From positions 47,370,001 through 47,434,000 of the forward strand of contig NC_058368.1 of the NCBI RefSeq assembly GCF_018350175.1: DNA of 64,000 nucleotides, read 5' to 3'. The notes beneath the pieces were generated by a model. The model was not told where the DNA came from. It saw only the letters and a list, made by a program, of their open reading frames with translations, and ran no database searches. The stretch comes from Felis catus. Taxonomy: Eukaryota. Position numbers and translations under genes: made by a program. Of this stretch, positions 23,501 to 38,172 are shown one piece after another. How positions within the stretch are numbered: the stretch's first letter is position 1; each line of letters opens with the position of its first letter.

Positions 23501-25416
23501 CTGGCCAAAACTTCTCTCAAAGATTAAAAAATTATTCAAAATGTAGGATTTCTGCAAACCACAGATGCCTTCTAGAAGTTACTTCTTACTTAAACATATT
23601 CACTATGGTTCATGTTTTTCATTACTGATATTTTCCCATGTGATATATTTTTCTTCAAGTATATAGTTTTATCAGGTTTGCCAAATGGCCTAATAAGTAA
23701 GATATCAGATTCTGGCTGCATTTTGTCTACCTTTTTATTAAGTGTGATGTGCATTCAGTTCTCATACATAGCGTAACAGTAGCAGCAAATGGCCAACAAC
23801 TAATAATAACATCAGTGACCATAACTGTGAATTGACCACTTAGATAAACGCAAACCATCCCTTCTCCTGGACCCTTTATATGAATTTAGAATTTAAATTA
23901 ATCTTCGTACTTTTGATGTCAAGCCTTAATTTCTTCTCTAGGCCCCATCACCTTACTTCTTCCATTTTCTTAGATGTTTACACACATGCAAGGGAAATTA
24001 ATAATAAGAGCTAATATTTGTTGAATGCTCTTTACATTCTAGAAACTGCACTGTTTTCTTTGTAGACTGTATCTTTTTCCCAATAATCTTAAAGGTAGCT
24101 ACCATTATTAACATTTCTACCTAAAACATGAGAACACTGAGACTGATTGAGATTAAGCCATTTATTCAAGTACACAGGTCGCATATTTAGATTATTGTTC
24201 AGCAAATGCCCTCTCCCCTTCACATACTGTGCAGAGTAGACTTGCCTGCATTCTTGATATTGGACTTGGCCCTACAACTTTCTAGGTCCATGGAATGTTA
24301 GCAGACATGATGTGAGCAAAGGCCTTAAATGTGCTTTGTGGGTTTGGCTTGCCTTTTGCATTCTGGTCGTCTGCCATCAGAAAACATGCTCCAGGGGGAT
24401 GCTGCCTTTCATCCTGGACCATTTAATGGAATACATGAAATAATGAAAGCCCTCTTCCTCCTTACACTCAAGCCCCATATCTATACTTCCTATCTCTCTC
24501 TCCTGTCCCAAATCTCACTTCTGGACACAGAGAAAAAGTTAGAAACAATATATGTGCTGGCCCAAAGAAAGCAAACTGCTCTAGAAAAGTCCTGAAGTGT
24601 CTGCTTTTACATATATTTTTCTCATCTTTCATTTTAAAGGATTTAGAGAATAGTTTTGCCCATATTTCCCCTGGTTGCAGAGACCCAGAAAACTACTTAT
24701 GAGTCAATATTTAACAGCTGCTCAAATAGAAGTAGATTCTTTTTGATAGCAATATCACTTCCTGATGAGATGGAGACCCAGAAATTCACAATAGTGGTTT
24801 TCATTAAAGAGCATCCTTGCACTTTTTATGGCAAAAATTATTAGCACTTGTCTTTTGGCAAAATTCCAAGCCAAGCAATTATATTATACCTGTTCATACT
24901 CCTCCCATTCTTTCAAATGTCATTCTTCTTGCTTTCTTCCTTGAAACAATGCAATGTTACTGTGAGTGTCGAATTCAATTCCAGAAGCCAGTGAGCCACG
25001 GTTTCTCTTTTATTAATATCAAAGCTTTTAAAGTTTTAATTAATTGTTATAAAGCAATTATATGAAAGGAAATATGGTATTTATAACTTTGATATCAACT
25101 GGCTCATAATACCTAAAGCCAGTAAGATCATTAAGAGTGATAAATTAGAAAACCTCCTTAGATCTACTCCACTCCCAATGCCTGTGATATTTTAGGTATT
25201 TTGCCAGAATTGAGGTCTCTAGCAATACTTACTGCTGAATCCATATTTCAGATTCACTTGATAAAAACTAGAACCACATGGCAGAAAGTATAAATGAGCC
25301 TAGATTTTATTTTACTTTAGGATTCTAAATTTGTTAATATCATCCTTAAACCTGGGACTTCTTATAATGTCTCAAATTATGCCCTTCCAGAGGTTGAAAG
25401 TGCTTCTCTAACTCAT

Positions 25417-25455
25417 TGTATGAATCAGAGTTCTCCAAAGAAGTGACAGCAGAAA

Positions 25456-25502
<47 letters not shown>

Positions 25503-25905
25503 CATGTGTATATATGTATATGGAAGAGGCCACAAACCTCTCTATGTATATAGAGAGACAGAGCTTTAGTTTAAGGAATTGGATCACATGATCACGGAAT
25601 TTGGAAAGTCTGAAATCCTCAGGGCAGGCTAACAGACTGGAAATTCCGGCAGAAATTGATGTTGGAATCTTGAGTCCAAAGGCAATCTGGAGGTAGAATT
25701 CTTTCCTCTGCTGGGGGACTTTAGTCTTTTCTCTTAAGGCCTTCAACTGATTAGATGAAACCCACTTACATTATGGGGGATAAGCTGTCTTACTCAAAGT
25801 CAACTAATTTAAATAGCAATCACATCTAAAGAATACCTTCACAGCAACATCTGGATTGCTGTTTGACCATAGCATAGCCAAGGTGACAAATAAAATTAAC
25901 CATGA
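25417..25905. mobile_element. ERVL solo LTR (MLT2-like) containing (TG)n at ~25459-25496
   Basis: AGAGTTCTCCA...TTTAAGGAATTGGATCACATGAT...CTTAAGGCCTTCAACTGATT...TAAAATTAACCAT. Confidence 0.78.
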
Positions 25906-26202
25906 TATGCATTGATCACCAAAGTGGAATGACTATATTCCTGAAGATGCTATAGACAATCACATGGCATGTGGGAATTAAAAATAGAACTTCTTAATAT
26001 TTATTTCATCCAACAAAATTATTTTTACCAGTATTTAGTGCATAGATTGACAGCAGTACCCCCCTCCGTCTATATGTGAGGTGTCACATGACATGACCAG
26101 CATTTAAGTTGTCCTAGGAGGAGGTGGGTAGGCGATCTCCAGCACAGAACACTGACAAGGGTCCCTCACAGCAGAGGTTTCATTCTCGTTTACTTGAGCC
26201 AC

Positions 26203-26600
26203 TGTGTAGACAAAATAATAGCCTCCCAAAAGACATCAATGTCTTTATCCCTAGAAACTACTGTCAATATGTTACCTTATGTGACAAAAAGCACTTTACA
26301 GATGTAAACAAGCTAAAAATCTTGAGATGGGGAGTTTATCCTGAATTACCCAGGGATGGGGGCAATATAATCATAATTGCTTATAAGAGGGACTACAGGA
26401 GGAGCCAGAATCAGAAAAGGTGATGTGGTGACAGAAGTGGAGACTTAAGTGATGCCCTTTAAGAGAGAAAGAGGCCACAAGCCTAGGAATATGAGTGTTC
26501 CCCAGGAGCTTGGAAAGGCAGGGAAGCAGATTCTCTCCTAGAGCTTCCAGAAGAGATGCGACTCTGCCAGTACCTTGATTTTAGCCCAGTGACACTCGTG
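26203..26600 (+). mobile_element. MaLR LTR (MLT1-like)
   Basis: AATAATAGCCTCCCAAAAGA...TGTTACCTTA...GATTCTCTCCTAGAGCTTCCAGAAG. Confidence 0.78.
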
Positions 26601-27574
26601 TTTGCAAAAGCAATGTATTAATAATAAAAATAGGTGGAAATTTCTTGCTAAATTTCAAGAAACATCTCTGCATCATTTTTAATGGGATTTAAAAATGTTT
26701 AGCATGATTTTTTATTAGTGCTGCCCTTCTGCAATTACGAGATCGTGTCTTCGTGAGTTATTTCAACTATGGCAGTCATTGAACCAACTATAAAAAAAAA
26801 ACCCTTATAGAATCATGCCCTCAAATTATTTCTTCATAAAGGCAGTGCATTGAGATTTCAAAATAATGTTATATATTCATTCACAATGAGAGCCCAAGAC
26901 ACCAGAAAGGCCACTGCTGATGACTCTGGTTTGGGCCACCCTGCCAGGCTGTATCTCTGGGCAGGATTTCTACTTCAAACTCGTAGGAAAATGCAGCATT
27001 GGGGTAGACGGTCACCTCAGCTCAAGATCCAGCAGTCTTAAGAATGTGAAGAGAGAAATTGAGAAGGGAAATGTCCAAGGACAGCTCGTCAGTGCACACC
27101 TGATTTTGTTTTAACTTGAAGATTACTGCCCCCAGGTAGAGCCATCCAGCCTGTGGCTGTGGATTTCTAGGGAAAACAGACAGGTTGATTATAACAAGGC
27201 AATCTGAAAAAAAGGGAAAAGAAGAAACTACATGCTAATTCTCCACCTTGGCTAGAATGCCTTTAAGACTTATTCACACCATCTGGCGCCCTCACAGACC
27301 CACCACTAAACCCTTTACCAATTTACTTAGAATGTCAAGGACATCACCTTGAATTCCTTCAAGTTTTCTGCTGTCCATCTCAACACATTTTCCTTCTTCT
27401 GAAACAAGAAGAAAGTGTTACTTTTCTTTTTGAAGGCTAGCCCTTTCTACCTTCCCTGTGACTTTGCTCTATCAACAATCCCTTCTCTTTCCTCCATATC
27501 CATTCTCCCCTGTCCATTGGCTCTGCTTCTTTCTCAAGCATAATTAGGTCCCACTTACCCTTAAATATGAGCCA

Positions 27575-27777
27575 TATTTTTTAAGTTCATTTATTTTATT
27601 TTGAGAGAGATAGTGCAAGCAGGGGAGGGGCAGAGAGAGTGGGAGAGAGAGAATCCCAAACAGGTTTGCACACCATCAATCCGGAGCCGAACACAGAGCT
27701 TGATCTCATGAACCACGAGATCATGACCTGAGCCAAAATAAAGAGCTGGACACTTAACTGAAACACCTAGGTGCTCC
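27575..27777 (-). mobile_element. Can-SINE inserted in an L2-like relic
   Basis: SINE body and tail. Confidence 0.85.
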
Positions 27778-28285
27778 TATAAGTCATATTCTTAACTTTG
27801 TTACAGCCACAAACCAACATTTTCTCTTATTCCTTTCTTCTAGTGTCAGATTTGAAGAAATTGATGTCTCCCATGATCTCCATTTCTCTCTGTCCCTTCC
27901 CTCCTTCACCCTAGTGGAGAAGGAAAGTCTTTAACTGGCTCCAACTATACAAACCAATAGTCTCTTCCCATTTCTTCTACGTTCCAGTTGATGATTTAAT
28001 ACCAACTCCTCATGACTTCCTTTTTCCGTTACTATATACCACCCAGATTAACTTGCGACCTTTTAACCATCTTGAATTTTTCTCAACATCCTTCACCCCC
28101 TGAAGCATAGGATCCCAAACTTTTTTGTTTATAAGAAAAATGTTGACAACTTGTTAAAAATATAGAGTTCTTAATGCTATCCCTAAATTCTGATTAAGTA
28201 GGTATGAGTGGGGGCTGGACATCGGTATTTTCAACAAGCCCTTTCCTGCTGTGGTGCTCAGGCTTTCACTCTCACTCAGGGGAAA

Positions 28286-28655
28286 TGTTCCGTGACTGTC
28301 AGTTCACAAACTAGCTCCATACACAGAGGGCAGGGAGAGAATGAAAAGGAAGCCCACCCTAGATTGCTAAGTGGCAGGTTTCTTAAGCAAGGGAACTTAC
28401 ATATGAGGCTTGTCATGGTGGCCTCAAGACCAGTAGATCACTTTATCTGACCAAAAGAATCTTAAAATTATATACAGAAGCCCTAACTGGGTTCAATCTT
28501 GTTCTCCAGGCTGTGTCCTTGAAATAGTTCCCACTGTGGGACTGGTCAGCAGAGCATACATCCCAAGGATGGGAAAGGTTAAGGAGCTTCCGATTGCCTG
28601 GGTGCAGTCTGAAGGTCAATTGGCAGTCACACTCTCTTGATTACTTCCTCCAACA
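28286..28655. mobile_element. Probable ERV solo LTR (family uncertain)
   Basis: TG...CA bounded segment of LTR-like size and composition. Family not verified. Confidence 0.4.
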
Positions 28656-29339
28656 ATGACCTCATCTGTGTCCCTCACCTCAACTTCCACTGAGATGAAT
28701 CCTCATTCTACATTTCTTGGTTTACATTTTTGTTCAACATCAAAACTTACATTTCCAATCAATTGTTAACTTCATTCTTTCATTTTACAACTAGACCTTA
28801 CACTTAAATATAGTTTAGAAACAAACCCATTGGCTTCCCCCCAAACCTGTTTCTACTCCCATCTTTCTTAACTTTTCTAACCACCATTTTCCTAATTCTG
28901 TGGGCTCCCAAATCTCAAGAAACCTCAGTCATTGTGAACGTTCAGGATCATGCTCTCTCTTGACCTCTGAGGGGAGGCTGACACTACCTTCCCCCTTCTG
29001 TTTTCAGTATCCTAACTCGTCTTTACTCTCCCAGCAACCCAACATGCCGCTGCCAGCTTAATCTTCCTTAGGAACAATTCTGTTTCTAGAAAACTTTAAC
29101 AATTCTTTCCTATTAACCAAATTTTAACTCAAACGCTTTAGTTTGCAATCAACATCCTCCTCTCAGGTTCTGAAATGCCTCTGGAAAATTCACATGTGCA
29201 CATCCTCCTCCCAGTTGTCCTAAATGCGGGATATTAATCCTTTGTCAACCAAGGGTGCGGAAAGTATTTTTTCCTTTTGTTTTGTCACCTGTGGATTTTT
29301 AGGGTATTTTGTGCGTGTGTTTGAAAGTTTGAAACTTTT

Positions 29340-29562
29340 GGGGCACCTCGGGTGGCTCAGTCGGTTAAGCATCTGACTTCGGCTCAGGTCATGATCTCAT
29401 TCATGGTCGGCGGGTTCAAGCCCTGTGTCAGGCTCAGTGCTGACAGCTCAGAGCTTGAAGCCTGCTTCAGATTCTGTGTCTCCCTTTCTTTTTGCCCCTG
29501 CCCCGCTCAGGCTCTGTCTCCCTCTCTTTCTCTCAAAAATAAACAAACATTAAAAAAAATTT
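29340..29562 (+). mobile_element. Can-SINE
   Basis: SINE body flanked by a duplicated AGTTTGAAACTTTT. Confidence 0.9.
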
Positions 29563-32500
29563 TAAGACAGTTTGAAACTTTTAGATTGTCAAATTTGTCA
29601 ACCTTTTTCTTTTTTTGCTTCAAGTTTTTTTGTTTGTTTGGTTGGTTGGTTGGTTGGTTGGTTCAAGGTTATGTGTGGGTCACTCCAGGGTGCAGTCTAT
29701 CTTGTTTTATATGACTCGTGTGCATATCTTCTCTTAGACCTTAGATAGTAAATTCCTTTATGGTAATAATGTTATCTTTTTTATAGGTGTAATAAACATA
29801 TTAATGAACACTTACTATGAGCTATTATTATTTTTAGCACCTTACGAATATTGATTCATTTAATCCTGATTTCTACCTATATGAAGGGTACTACTATTAG
29901 ACTGTTAGTTCTGTTTTGCAGATGTGGAAACTGAGGTAACTTGTCCAACTATCACACAATGAGGTCATACTACTACCAATCCTGATGGAGCCCGGATTAG
30001 AATCCAGGCAGTTTGACTCCAAAAACTCTACATGGGATAAATTCCCTATGCTGCCTTCTCCTGTGTGGAAAAATAGTGGGCACTCGATAAGTGCTCGTTG
30101 AAGGAATGAAAATTAATACATAGACAAGCTGCGTTGGTATTTCTAGGCTACACCTGATTTCCTAGAAGACCTCATGAGAGTTTAAGAGGTCACAAGAAAT
30201 GATCAAGCAGCCATAATGTGAAGTGCCAAAGAACCCCAAACTGAGACACCAAGTTATGATGCTTGAGAGCACAGCAGTCTTGAAGCACCTGGTTGGCTAA
30301 AAGGAAAATCTTGAATGATGAATGGAGGGAGCACAAAAAACGTGGGATCCAAAGCAATGGGCAGTTTTCCACATCATTATAGCAGTATTTTGTAACAATT
30401 TCTTTGGCAACTGACAGCAGGCATTTAAATCAGCTATTTCCTCCTCAGAATTCCTCTCCAAAGAATAATAATGGCCTCTGCGACTCTGAAGGAAATGTAG
30501 CCCCTACTCGGATACAATCTTATCTGGGAAATTGCCATGGTATTCGTCACAGCTGTCACTGTGCTGAGCCCATTAGAGATGTGCTGAGTGGGGATCTACA
30601 GGGTTGTGTGTTCTGAGGGCTCTTGCTACACATTCTTCCTGGTTGACGCGGGAAAACAAAATAACACTCAACGTTTTAGGGGCCAGAGTCTTCTCAGGAC
30701 TGGGTGGGCAAAAGAGAGCCATTCATACAGCCCTCAAGGAGTTACTCTATGGCTCAGGTTGTAGATTTATAAAGACATTTGCAGTGACACCAATAGGAAG
30801 GGCAGAACAGAAGAAAGAGCATACAGAGAAAGCCCAGCTTTCTATTTCTTTAATTGGAGAGCATGTGGGGAGCTGAAGACCTAAGAAGTTGGGGTAGGAG
30901 GTTAGCATCGGAACCTTGGACTGGAGTTCTTTTCAGTCTGTTTCAAGTAAACAACAGGCGGTTACAATTTCTATTCTTCTCATGTAGAGAATGTTAGAGC
31001 TGGGGGGGTCTAACTCCTTCTCCATGATATGTAATTTAAGAAACGGGGCCCAGAAGTATAAAGCCACTGACTGGGGCCCCACATTTAGCAGGCAGCAGGA
31101 CCCACGATGCCTGGATTAGGGCCAGTGGGACTTTTCAAGTTTGGTTTTGTAAAGGAATGCTCCTGCAAATCTAACGTAAGGTTTCTTGATTAAAAAACAA
31201 ACAAACAAACAAAAAACAACAACAAAAACTCCAAATCATATTCCCTTTTAATATTTATTTTGTTTGCTTTTAACCCACAGTTGCCTTTATAAAGAAACAA
31301 ACATAAAAATAGCCTTCCCCTCAATATACCAGGGGAGATCATTTACTCTGATGTTACATTGTCCTAGAAACTAGCTTACTGCGCCATGTGAGTTACTTAT
31401 TCCCAAAAAGTCGTTTATCTGCCTTGACTCAAAACGAGATCAGGCATCTCTGCCACGCACAGCACAGCGCAGCGATTTCTAAGCTAGACACTCTGGGACT
31501 GGGTATAACTTACTTTGTACGGACAGCATGCTGCCTGGGGCCCAGTGTGGTTCCCACCCCTCCACCCCTTTCCTATCACCATAAGACCCTCTCTAGGTCC
31601 CTGAGGATTGTGGGCATTGTCCGGAGGCTCCACGGTTTTCTTTCTGTTTGTTTTCTCGTTGTTGTTGAGGAAGAGGACATCGGCAAGGCTGGGAGAGGAG
31701 AGCTGAGGTAATGGGACACCTGTTACACGGCAACTGTTACTTAATTTACATAATCTCAGCAATATCTTGTATGTCTTCCCATCAGCTCGCTTAATGTCTA
31801 TCCTACTCTCTTTCTCATGCTCTCATTTTGATTGAAGAAGCTACATCTCCATTCCCACCTCAGCGCCTAACCCCAGAACAAGCACTCAGCAGAAGTCCAT
31901 GGACTGCCTGCATGAATGATTGGGCTTTACTTCTTTGCATCACCTCCTATTTCCCGTCCCTCTTCTTTTCCAAGGCCAGTTGTAAGACAGACAGTAACAA
32001 AAGCAATGACTGAAATAGGGGCAAAATACTTAGCTTCTTTGAACTAGTTTTTATTTGATGATTTGGTAGGACTTTATCAAATCATGCCTGTGTTTCCTAA
32101 AACATTCTCTTTGCTATAACTCACTTACTAACCATTTTGCTTTCTGTGGGTCCATAAAATAATTTTCTCTTTGGTGGTAAATGAACCAGAGCAAAGGTCT
32201 GTGAAACTCTTCTCAAGTGCATAGTAAAGTGTTCTAATTACAAAGGCCCCTGAAGACTTATTGTTGATAAATGGCAACCTGACACATATATCCAGGGTAG
32301 GGAAAAAAAAAAGTCACATTAGAATTATTAACACAGAAAGAAAAGGACATACCCTGTTTGACTTTTGTATTATATTTCCCTAGCTCACATAGTTTTTATT
32401 CTCTTTATAAAAAGTGTGTTTTGGGTTTATAACCATGGATGTGTCATCAATCTTTTTATTTATACTAATACCATTATTTGCAATATATCATAATTAAGTA

Positions 32501-35500
32501 TATCTCAACTGTACCTAATTATACCCATGTGTAACATGAAAAATGTTTCTGTATTAATTTAAAATTGTTTTTAAATACTACCTTTAATTTTTAAATTTGT
32601 ATTAAAAGAGAGCATGGCAATATTCCAAGGCCAGTAAAATTCCATCATGTATGTCTTAATTGAGACATGTGGGGCTATATGTGCATACATAAACAAATTT
32701 AAAGTTTCTCTTTATTTTTAAGCTTAATGTGATTAAATCAGTTAGGAAATAATCAGATGTCTTACAATCATATTCTACTGTTCAAACTGAAATGAAATAT
32801 ACCCCCTTTATTTAAAAAGTCTGCAGAACTGATTAAGTAGATGGCAATGTAATATCCATTACAAGTGCTTTTTCTGCCATCTAGTGGAAAAATGAAATCT
32901 GTGAGGATTCACAATTTACGTTTTAAATTCTATTGTCTTAAAATATTTGGCAAAGCCTTATTTGAAATCTCAAGAGAAGAAAACAAAACAACATATTCTC
33001 TCCTTGTTTCTGATTTGATCTGCCGGTGGACCAGATGTGGGTCATCCTCGGCATTCATTCCCCATGATGCCGAAGGGGCTGCCGACAATAATGTAGAGGG
33101 TGCTTCAGGCTTTCTGTAAAAATGGTGGAGGCCATGGGCTCCAAACAAAATACCAGCACCACTGCATTTATTGTCCAAGTGACAAATGATATCTCAAGTC
33201 CGTCCAACCCTTTCTGTTCCATACTCAAATCCTGTAAACTGGAGGAGAGAAGGTTGAGAGAGATGGCTTGTTGGACACTGTCTAAATCAGTGGCTTTCAA
33301 ACTTTTTAAACTGCATCTCACACGTACTTGACATTGCAATTCATTCTGCGTACATAAAACAGAAGCCCACGTTCCACAAAGTAATAACCTTTCTATGTGA
33401 TCACTCTATTTTACATTCTGTTCTGCTTTATTCTATTTCACTTATTTTGGTATTATTTTATAACATTTTAAATTGACTTCATGATTCACGAATGGGCCTG
33501 ACGCTTGAAAAACACTGGTCTCCTAAAAACTCCTAAAAAGTTACCTCTACTGCCTTAAAAATATGTGATACTAAGTCTAAAATTGTGACCAAATAATTAA
33601 ATAAAATAAGGTATGATGGACATTGGTTAATTAATACAAAGACCTTTGAGATCTTATCAGTTCAGGATATTTTATCAGATGACTGTTCTCTATCATCCTC
33701 TCTATCTCCCAGAATAGGAGGCTTGACCGCATTTTCATAAACACCTCTGTTAAGTCAGCCATCAAAGGATTCTGTCCTCATCAGTCTTGTGTCTTTGCTC
33801 TCTTTTCATCTTCATCTGGTTCAGACCCTTCCTGTTTTCCTCCTGGATGATTACAGAAGGTTCCATACTGCTCTCCCTGACTCCATCTCTCACCCCTGTG
33901 AACCTTCCTTCACACAGCTTCGAAGACTTACCCTCCGCCTCACAAGTCAGATAAAATCATTCACTGCATCCTCTGCCTGAGGAATAACACCCGAGTGACT
34001 TAGGGTGACATTCAAGATCCTCCCTGTTTAGTGCTTTGCTGGCATTTACTATTTTAAACTATCTCATTAGGTTGCGAGCTAGGTCTTTATCTTTATCTCT
34101 TTTTAAGCATACTCTATTTGCCCCAGCAGGTGCTTAATAAATATTTGTGGAAGGCGCTGAAAGGAACTTCCTTTCTGACCTTCAGTTTTGTGCATGCCCT
34201 ACATTCTAGTTGCCGTTCTACTAACCATTCCCTGAACTCTTCTTTTATTAATTAATTCATGTATTTGTTTATTTTTAAAGAATGCGCATTTGCTTGAGCT
34301 TTTTCCTGAGCTGCCTTACTCTCTGTTTTCTGCCTACGGAAATTCTTTTCACCTTTCAAACACCAGCTCAAATGCCATCCCTTGCGAGAAACTCCCTTGG
34401 TCCCCAGCAGAATAAACTCCCACAGCTTGTTGATAGTAACCCCTAGTTTCTATTCAGAACTCACGCTCTCTCGTGCAGGTTTAGATGATGCTTCTCTGCG
34501 TCTCTCTCACTTGATTGAGAACGTCTTGAAGGGCAGGGAAGATGCTTTGGGCATCTTTCTAGTCCTTAGTGGTATTCTAGGTCTTAAATATATGTTTGTT
34601 TACTTAAACATACTTGTTGCATATATCTTTTTTTAAATAGGTAGAACTGGAGCCTGAGCCTGCTGGCAACCATTTTTAATACAGGCCAGCCAATCTTTGA
34701 TGGGCTATTTTGGAGTATATACACAAGTTTCAGAGCAGCATTTGACCAAGATTTTTACTTTGAATTATCATTCTCCACCCCCCTCCCCCAAGGACACTTT
34801 GTTTCAGCGCATGGTGAGGCCTTCTCTGGGGGCCTCTCTTTGTGGACCCCTGCCAGAGGAATGTGCAGCCTCCAACCATTGTTCAGCTTCCTTAATGGTG
34901 GGCTGTGAGCACTGAAGGGGGCTGTACAGCATGAAAACAGAAACCAAAAAACCAAAAACTGTTTCAGTATCTGCTGGGCACGATGTCCTGCTGAGAATCC
35001 CAAGAAGTGGAAAAGCCAACTGCCACCCTGGTACAATGAAAACCCTATTGAGTGGCCCTTTGTCATGTTCCCATAATAGTATGTGCTTTTTTCCTGTCAC
35101 TGGACTTCCTTCTTGTATTGCATTGTGTGTGTTTCCATGAGTTCGTTGTAGGTAGAAAGTCTCATTCATTTGTATATGCAGCAACTAACCTACCACCTGC
35201 AATAGCAGACATTCAATAAATATTTGTTGAATGAGAATGAGAGACACAAAGAATTGTAATGGATAAAGAACTATTAGATATGATGTCCATCTTCAAGGCA
35301 CTTATGCACCCGTTAGAAAATAATTACCTAAACATTCTGACCATAATGTTTTACACTTAATAGACATTCAATACATGTTAATGAATTACAATTAATGAAA
35401 TGAGAGCCAATTTCTATGTCCAAGAAAAATGCTACTTATCAAGAGGTCTAAGTGGCTGTTTCTGTCCTCTAGGAGAGAATAATCAAGTGTGAGGTAATAA

Positions 35501-37067
35501 AAATGTTCATAAATACATTACTCAGCAGTTGGGTTTCCTGCCAAATGTGTTAGAGATATCGCTAGAAGTTGGAATAGTCAGAAAAGACTTCCCAAAGGAG
35601 GAAGTTCTTTGTCAAGAACTATGAAAAAAGCTAAGATTTTACCCAATTTGCAAGCTGGAAAGTTAGTCTATCATTTTCATAGGTACCTGAAGAGGACACA
35701 AAACTCCTCGGTCAGAGATAAGGGACTTTATTACTCACAGTGTAGCAGCCCATAGGGACTTTGTGTCCACACTGGTTCTCCTGGCCCTCCAAATCCTGTA
35801 GGACTGGCACAGAGCAGCCCAAGGGGGTGCAGCACACTCTATGGGTTTGTATCAGAGCTGAGGAGCACTGAGGTAAGAAAACCCCAGTCTTACAAAGGGG
35901 TTGTTAGCAAACCTGTCCAATCTGCCCTGGAAGGCGACACTATCCTTCTTAACCTGTAAGAAAACAAATCTGTCCTTTCCCAGAAGGAGATCTCTCTCTG
36001 TTCAACGCTGTATACTATACAAACACCCTTGAAAAAACAGCCCACACCAAAAGTTGTCAATGTCTTTACTAAGAAGATGGATACAAACACAAGACATCCA
36101 TGAAGAATGAATTTCCAACAGTCTTACTTTCGTTCTTGAAGGTTGGGTGTGATTTGATCAAGCAATAGGAAGAGAACAGATATTCTAGGAATAAGAAAAT
36201 TTTCCTGTGCACATATATATTTCATGACAGACCTCTCTGGGCCTCAGTTTCTTGACCTGTAAAGTTGGAATTCCTACTTCACAAGGTTACTGTAAAAATT
36301 ACATGAAGTAATCTATGTATGGCATCCAGCCTGGTGATTGACACATAGCAGGTGCCAAACTGTTACTTCTCCATTTTCCCCAGAATGTACAGGATGTGAC
36401 TCTGTAGCCTGCCCTGACACTAAGAAAGGAGTAAATGGAGGAACTTAGTCATTCCATTTGCAAACATTTTATTGAGCATCTACGATGTTCCAAGTGCCAG
36501 GCTAGATACCATGCCTGCCTCTTGAAGCTTATTGTCCGCTTCAAGGGGAAAATACAGGAGAGTAGAAATAGCTTGCTTCCACCAAGTAAGCTTGTAGAAG
36601 CTAGATGCCCAAAGTTTTAGGGCAATTCTATCTGACCATGAAGCCAGGGAATTATTGAGACATAGAAGGACCATAAACCTAAAATAAGAACAATGGAATG
36701 TCAAAGTTCAGTGATGGAATACACCATTCAACAACAAGCTTTTTCAGGATCTTTTTGGAAAAAGAATACTAATAACTGCAGCAAGAAGATTTCATGTGAA
36801 CATTATTGTCACCAATGTATGATTGTTAAATCACTCATTTGGTAAATACGTGTTGAGCATTCACTACATGTATGGTGATAAGGGCAAGAATTCAAGAATC
36901 AAGAATAGGAATTTCATTGAGGGTAAGATGGCCCCCAAGGGACAAGGGATTGATTTTTCAGAAGTTGGTGTCAAAATTTATCTATATATAGATGGAGAGA
37001 AGTGTGAGAATCTGAGAAATACTGTGAATAAGGTATTCAATTTAAAGTTAAGATTATTGATTCACTG

Positions 37068-37270
37068 AGGGGCGCCTGGGTGGCTCAGTTGGTTGAGCAT
37101 CTGGCTCTTGGTTTCCATGCAGGTCATGGTGTCACAGTTTATGGGTTTGAGCCCCACTTGGGGCTCTGTGCTGACAGAGTGGAGCCTGCTTGGAATTCTC
37201 TCTCCCTCTCTCTGTCCCTCTCCTGCTCTCTCTCACAATAAGTGAACTTTTAAAAAATATTTAAAAAAAA
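37068..37270 (+). mobile_element. Can-SINE
   Basis: SINE head, CT tract and tail. Confidence 0.88.
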
Positions 37271-38118
37271 GATTGATTCATTGAACAATCCCAAATTACA
37301 CCTTAATTAGGAGAGAAGGAAGTGGTTAAAATGCCTTTATCTATGGAGACGGTACACAATTATTTGCTATAGACTACATGCATCAAATATTTAATAGAAT
37401 AAAATAACAATTCTTTTGAGAGATGCAAGAATTAGAACAACCATCCCTACTTTGGGGGGGTGGGGCTTGATAATTTCACCACTATGTTAAGCCTATTTGA
37501 TGCGTTAGAACGGTACACGAAGGGGCATCTCCAGTTGGTTTTGGTACTAGTGGTAACAGTACTTTGTTCTTACCTTGTTTCCAGTGCAGTGTAGACTGGA
37601 TTCCACTTATTTGTTTAGCATCTCCCTACTGGACTAGACTGAAAAATGCTCCTGCCATTTGAGAGCTGAGTGATGGGGGCTTAACCAGGAGGAGAAGTAA
37701 ATTCTACCCGAAATGAGATGCTGAGGACAAGGTATGAAAGCAAAGCCAAAGGGAGCAGTGCTCGATCTTCACTTTTTATTATCGTGGGTCACAAGGCGGG
37801 CCTTAGCCAATGCTAAGACCTGGCCTCACAGTGGATGGCTGAGGGAAATGGTAGGTCCAGCAGTCAAATGATTCAAAACTCTCCAGCTGCCAATCTTACC
37901 CTCTCCCCTACTGCCCTGTGCTGTCCAGCTGACTACATCCCTTCATGTTAAATCATACTTCCAGGACTCAGCTCTCCCCAGAGAGGGAAGACACATCATT
38001 AGCAACATCTTAGCATGGATTCCTTTGTTCCAACTTGAGTCTGTGAGAGAAACAAGAAAGATGGCACAAAATGGTGAAAGTGGAATTAGAAAAGACTGGA
38101 GAAATCCCGAGGGAGAAG

Positions 38119-38122
<4 letters not shown>

Positions 38123-38168
<46 letters not shown>
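38123..38168 (+). repeat. (CT)n microsatellite, ~23 units
   Basis: Directly visible. Confidence 0.97.

Positions 38169-38172
<4 letters not shown>

Noticed and set aside
32865..33339. Cluster of overlapping 69-94 aa ORFs in unique sequence
   Set aside because: No recognisable domain or consistent exon structure.
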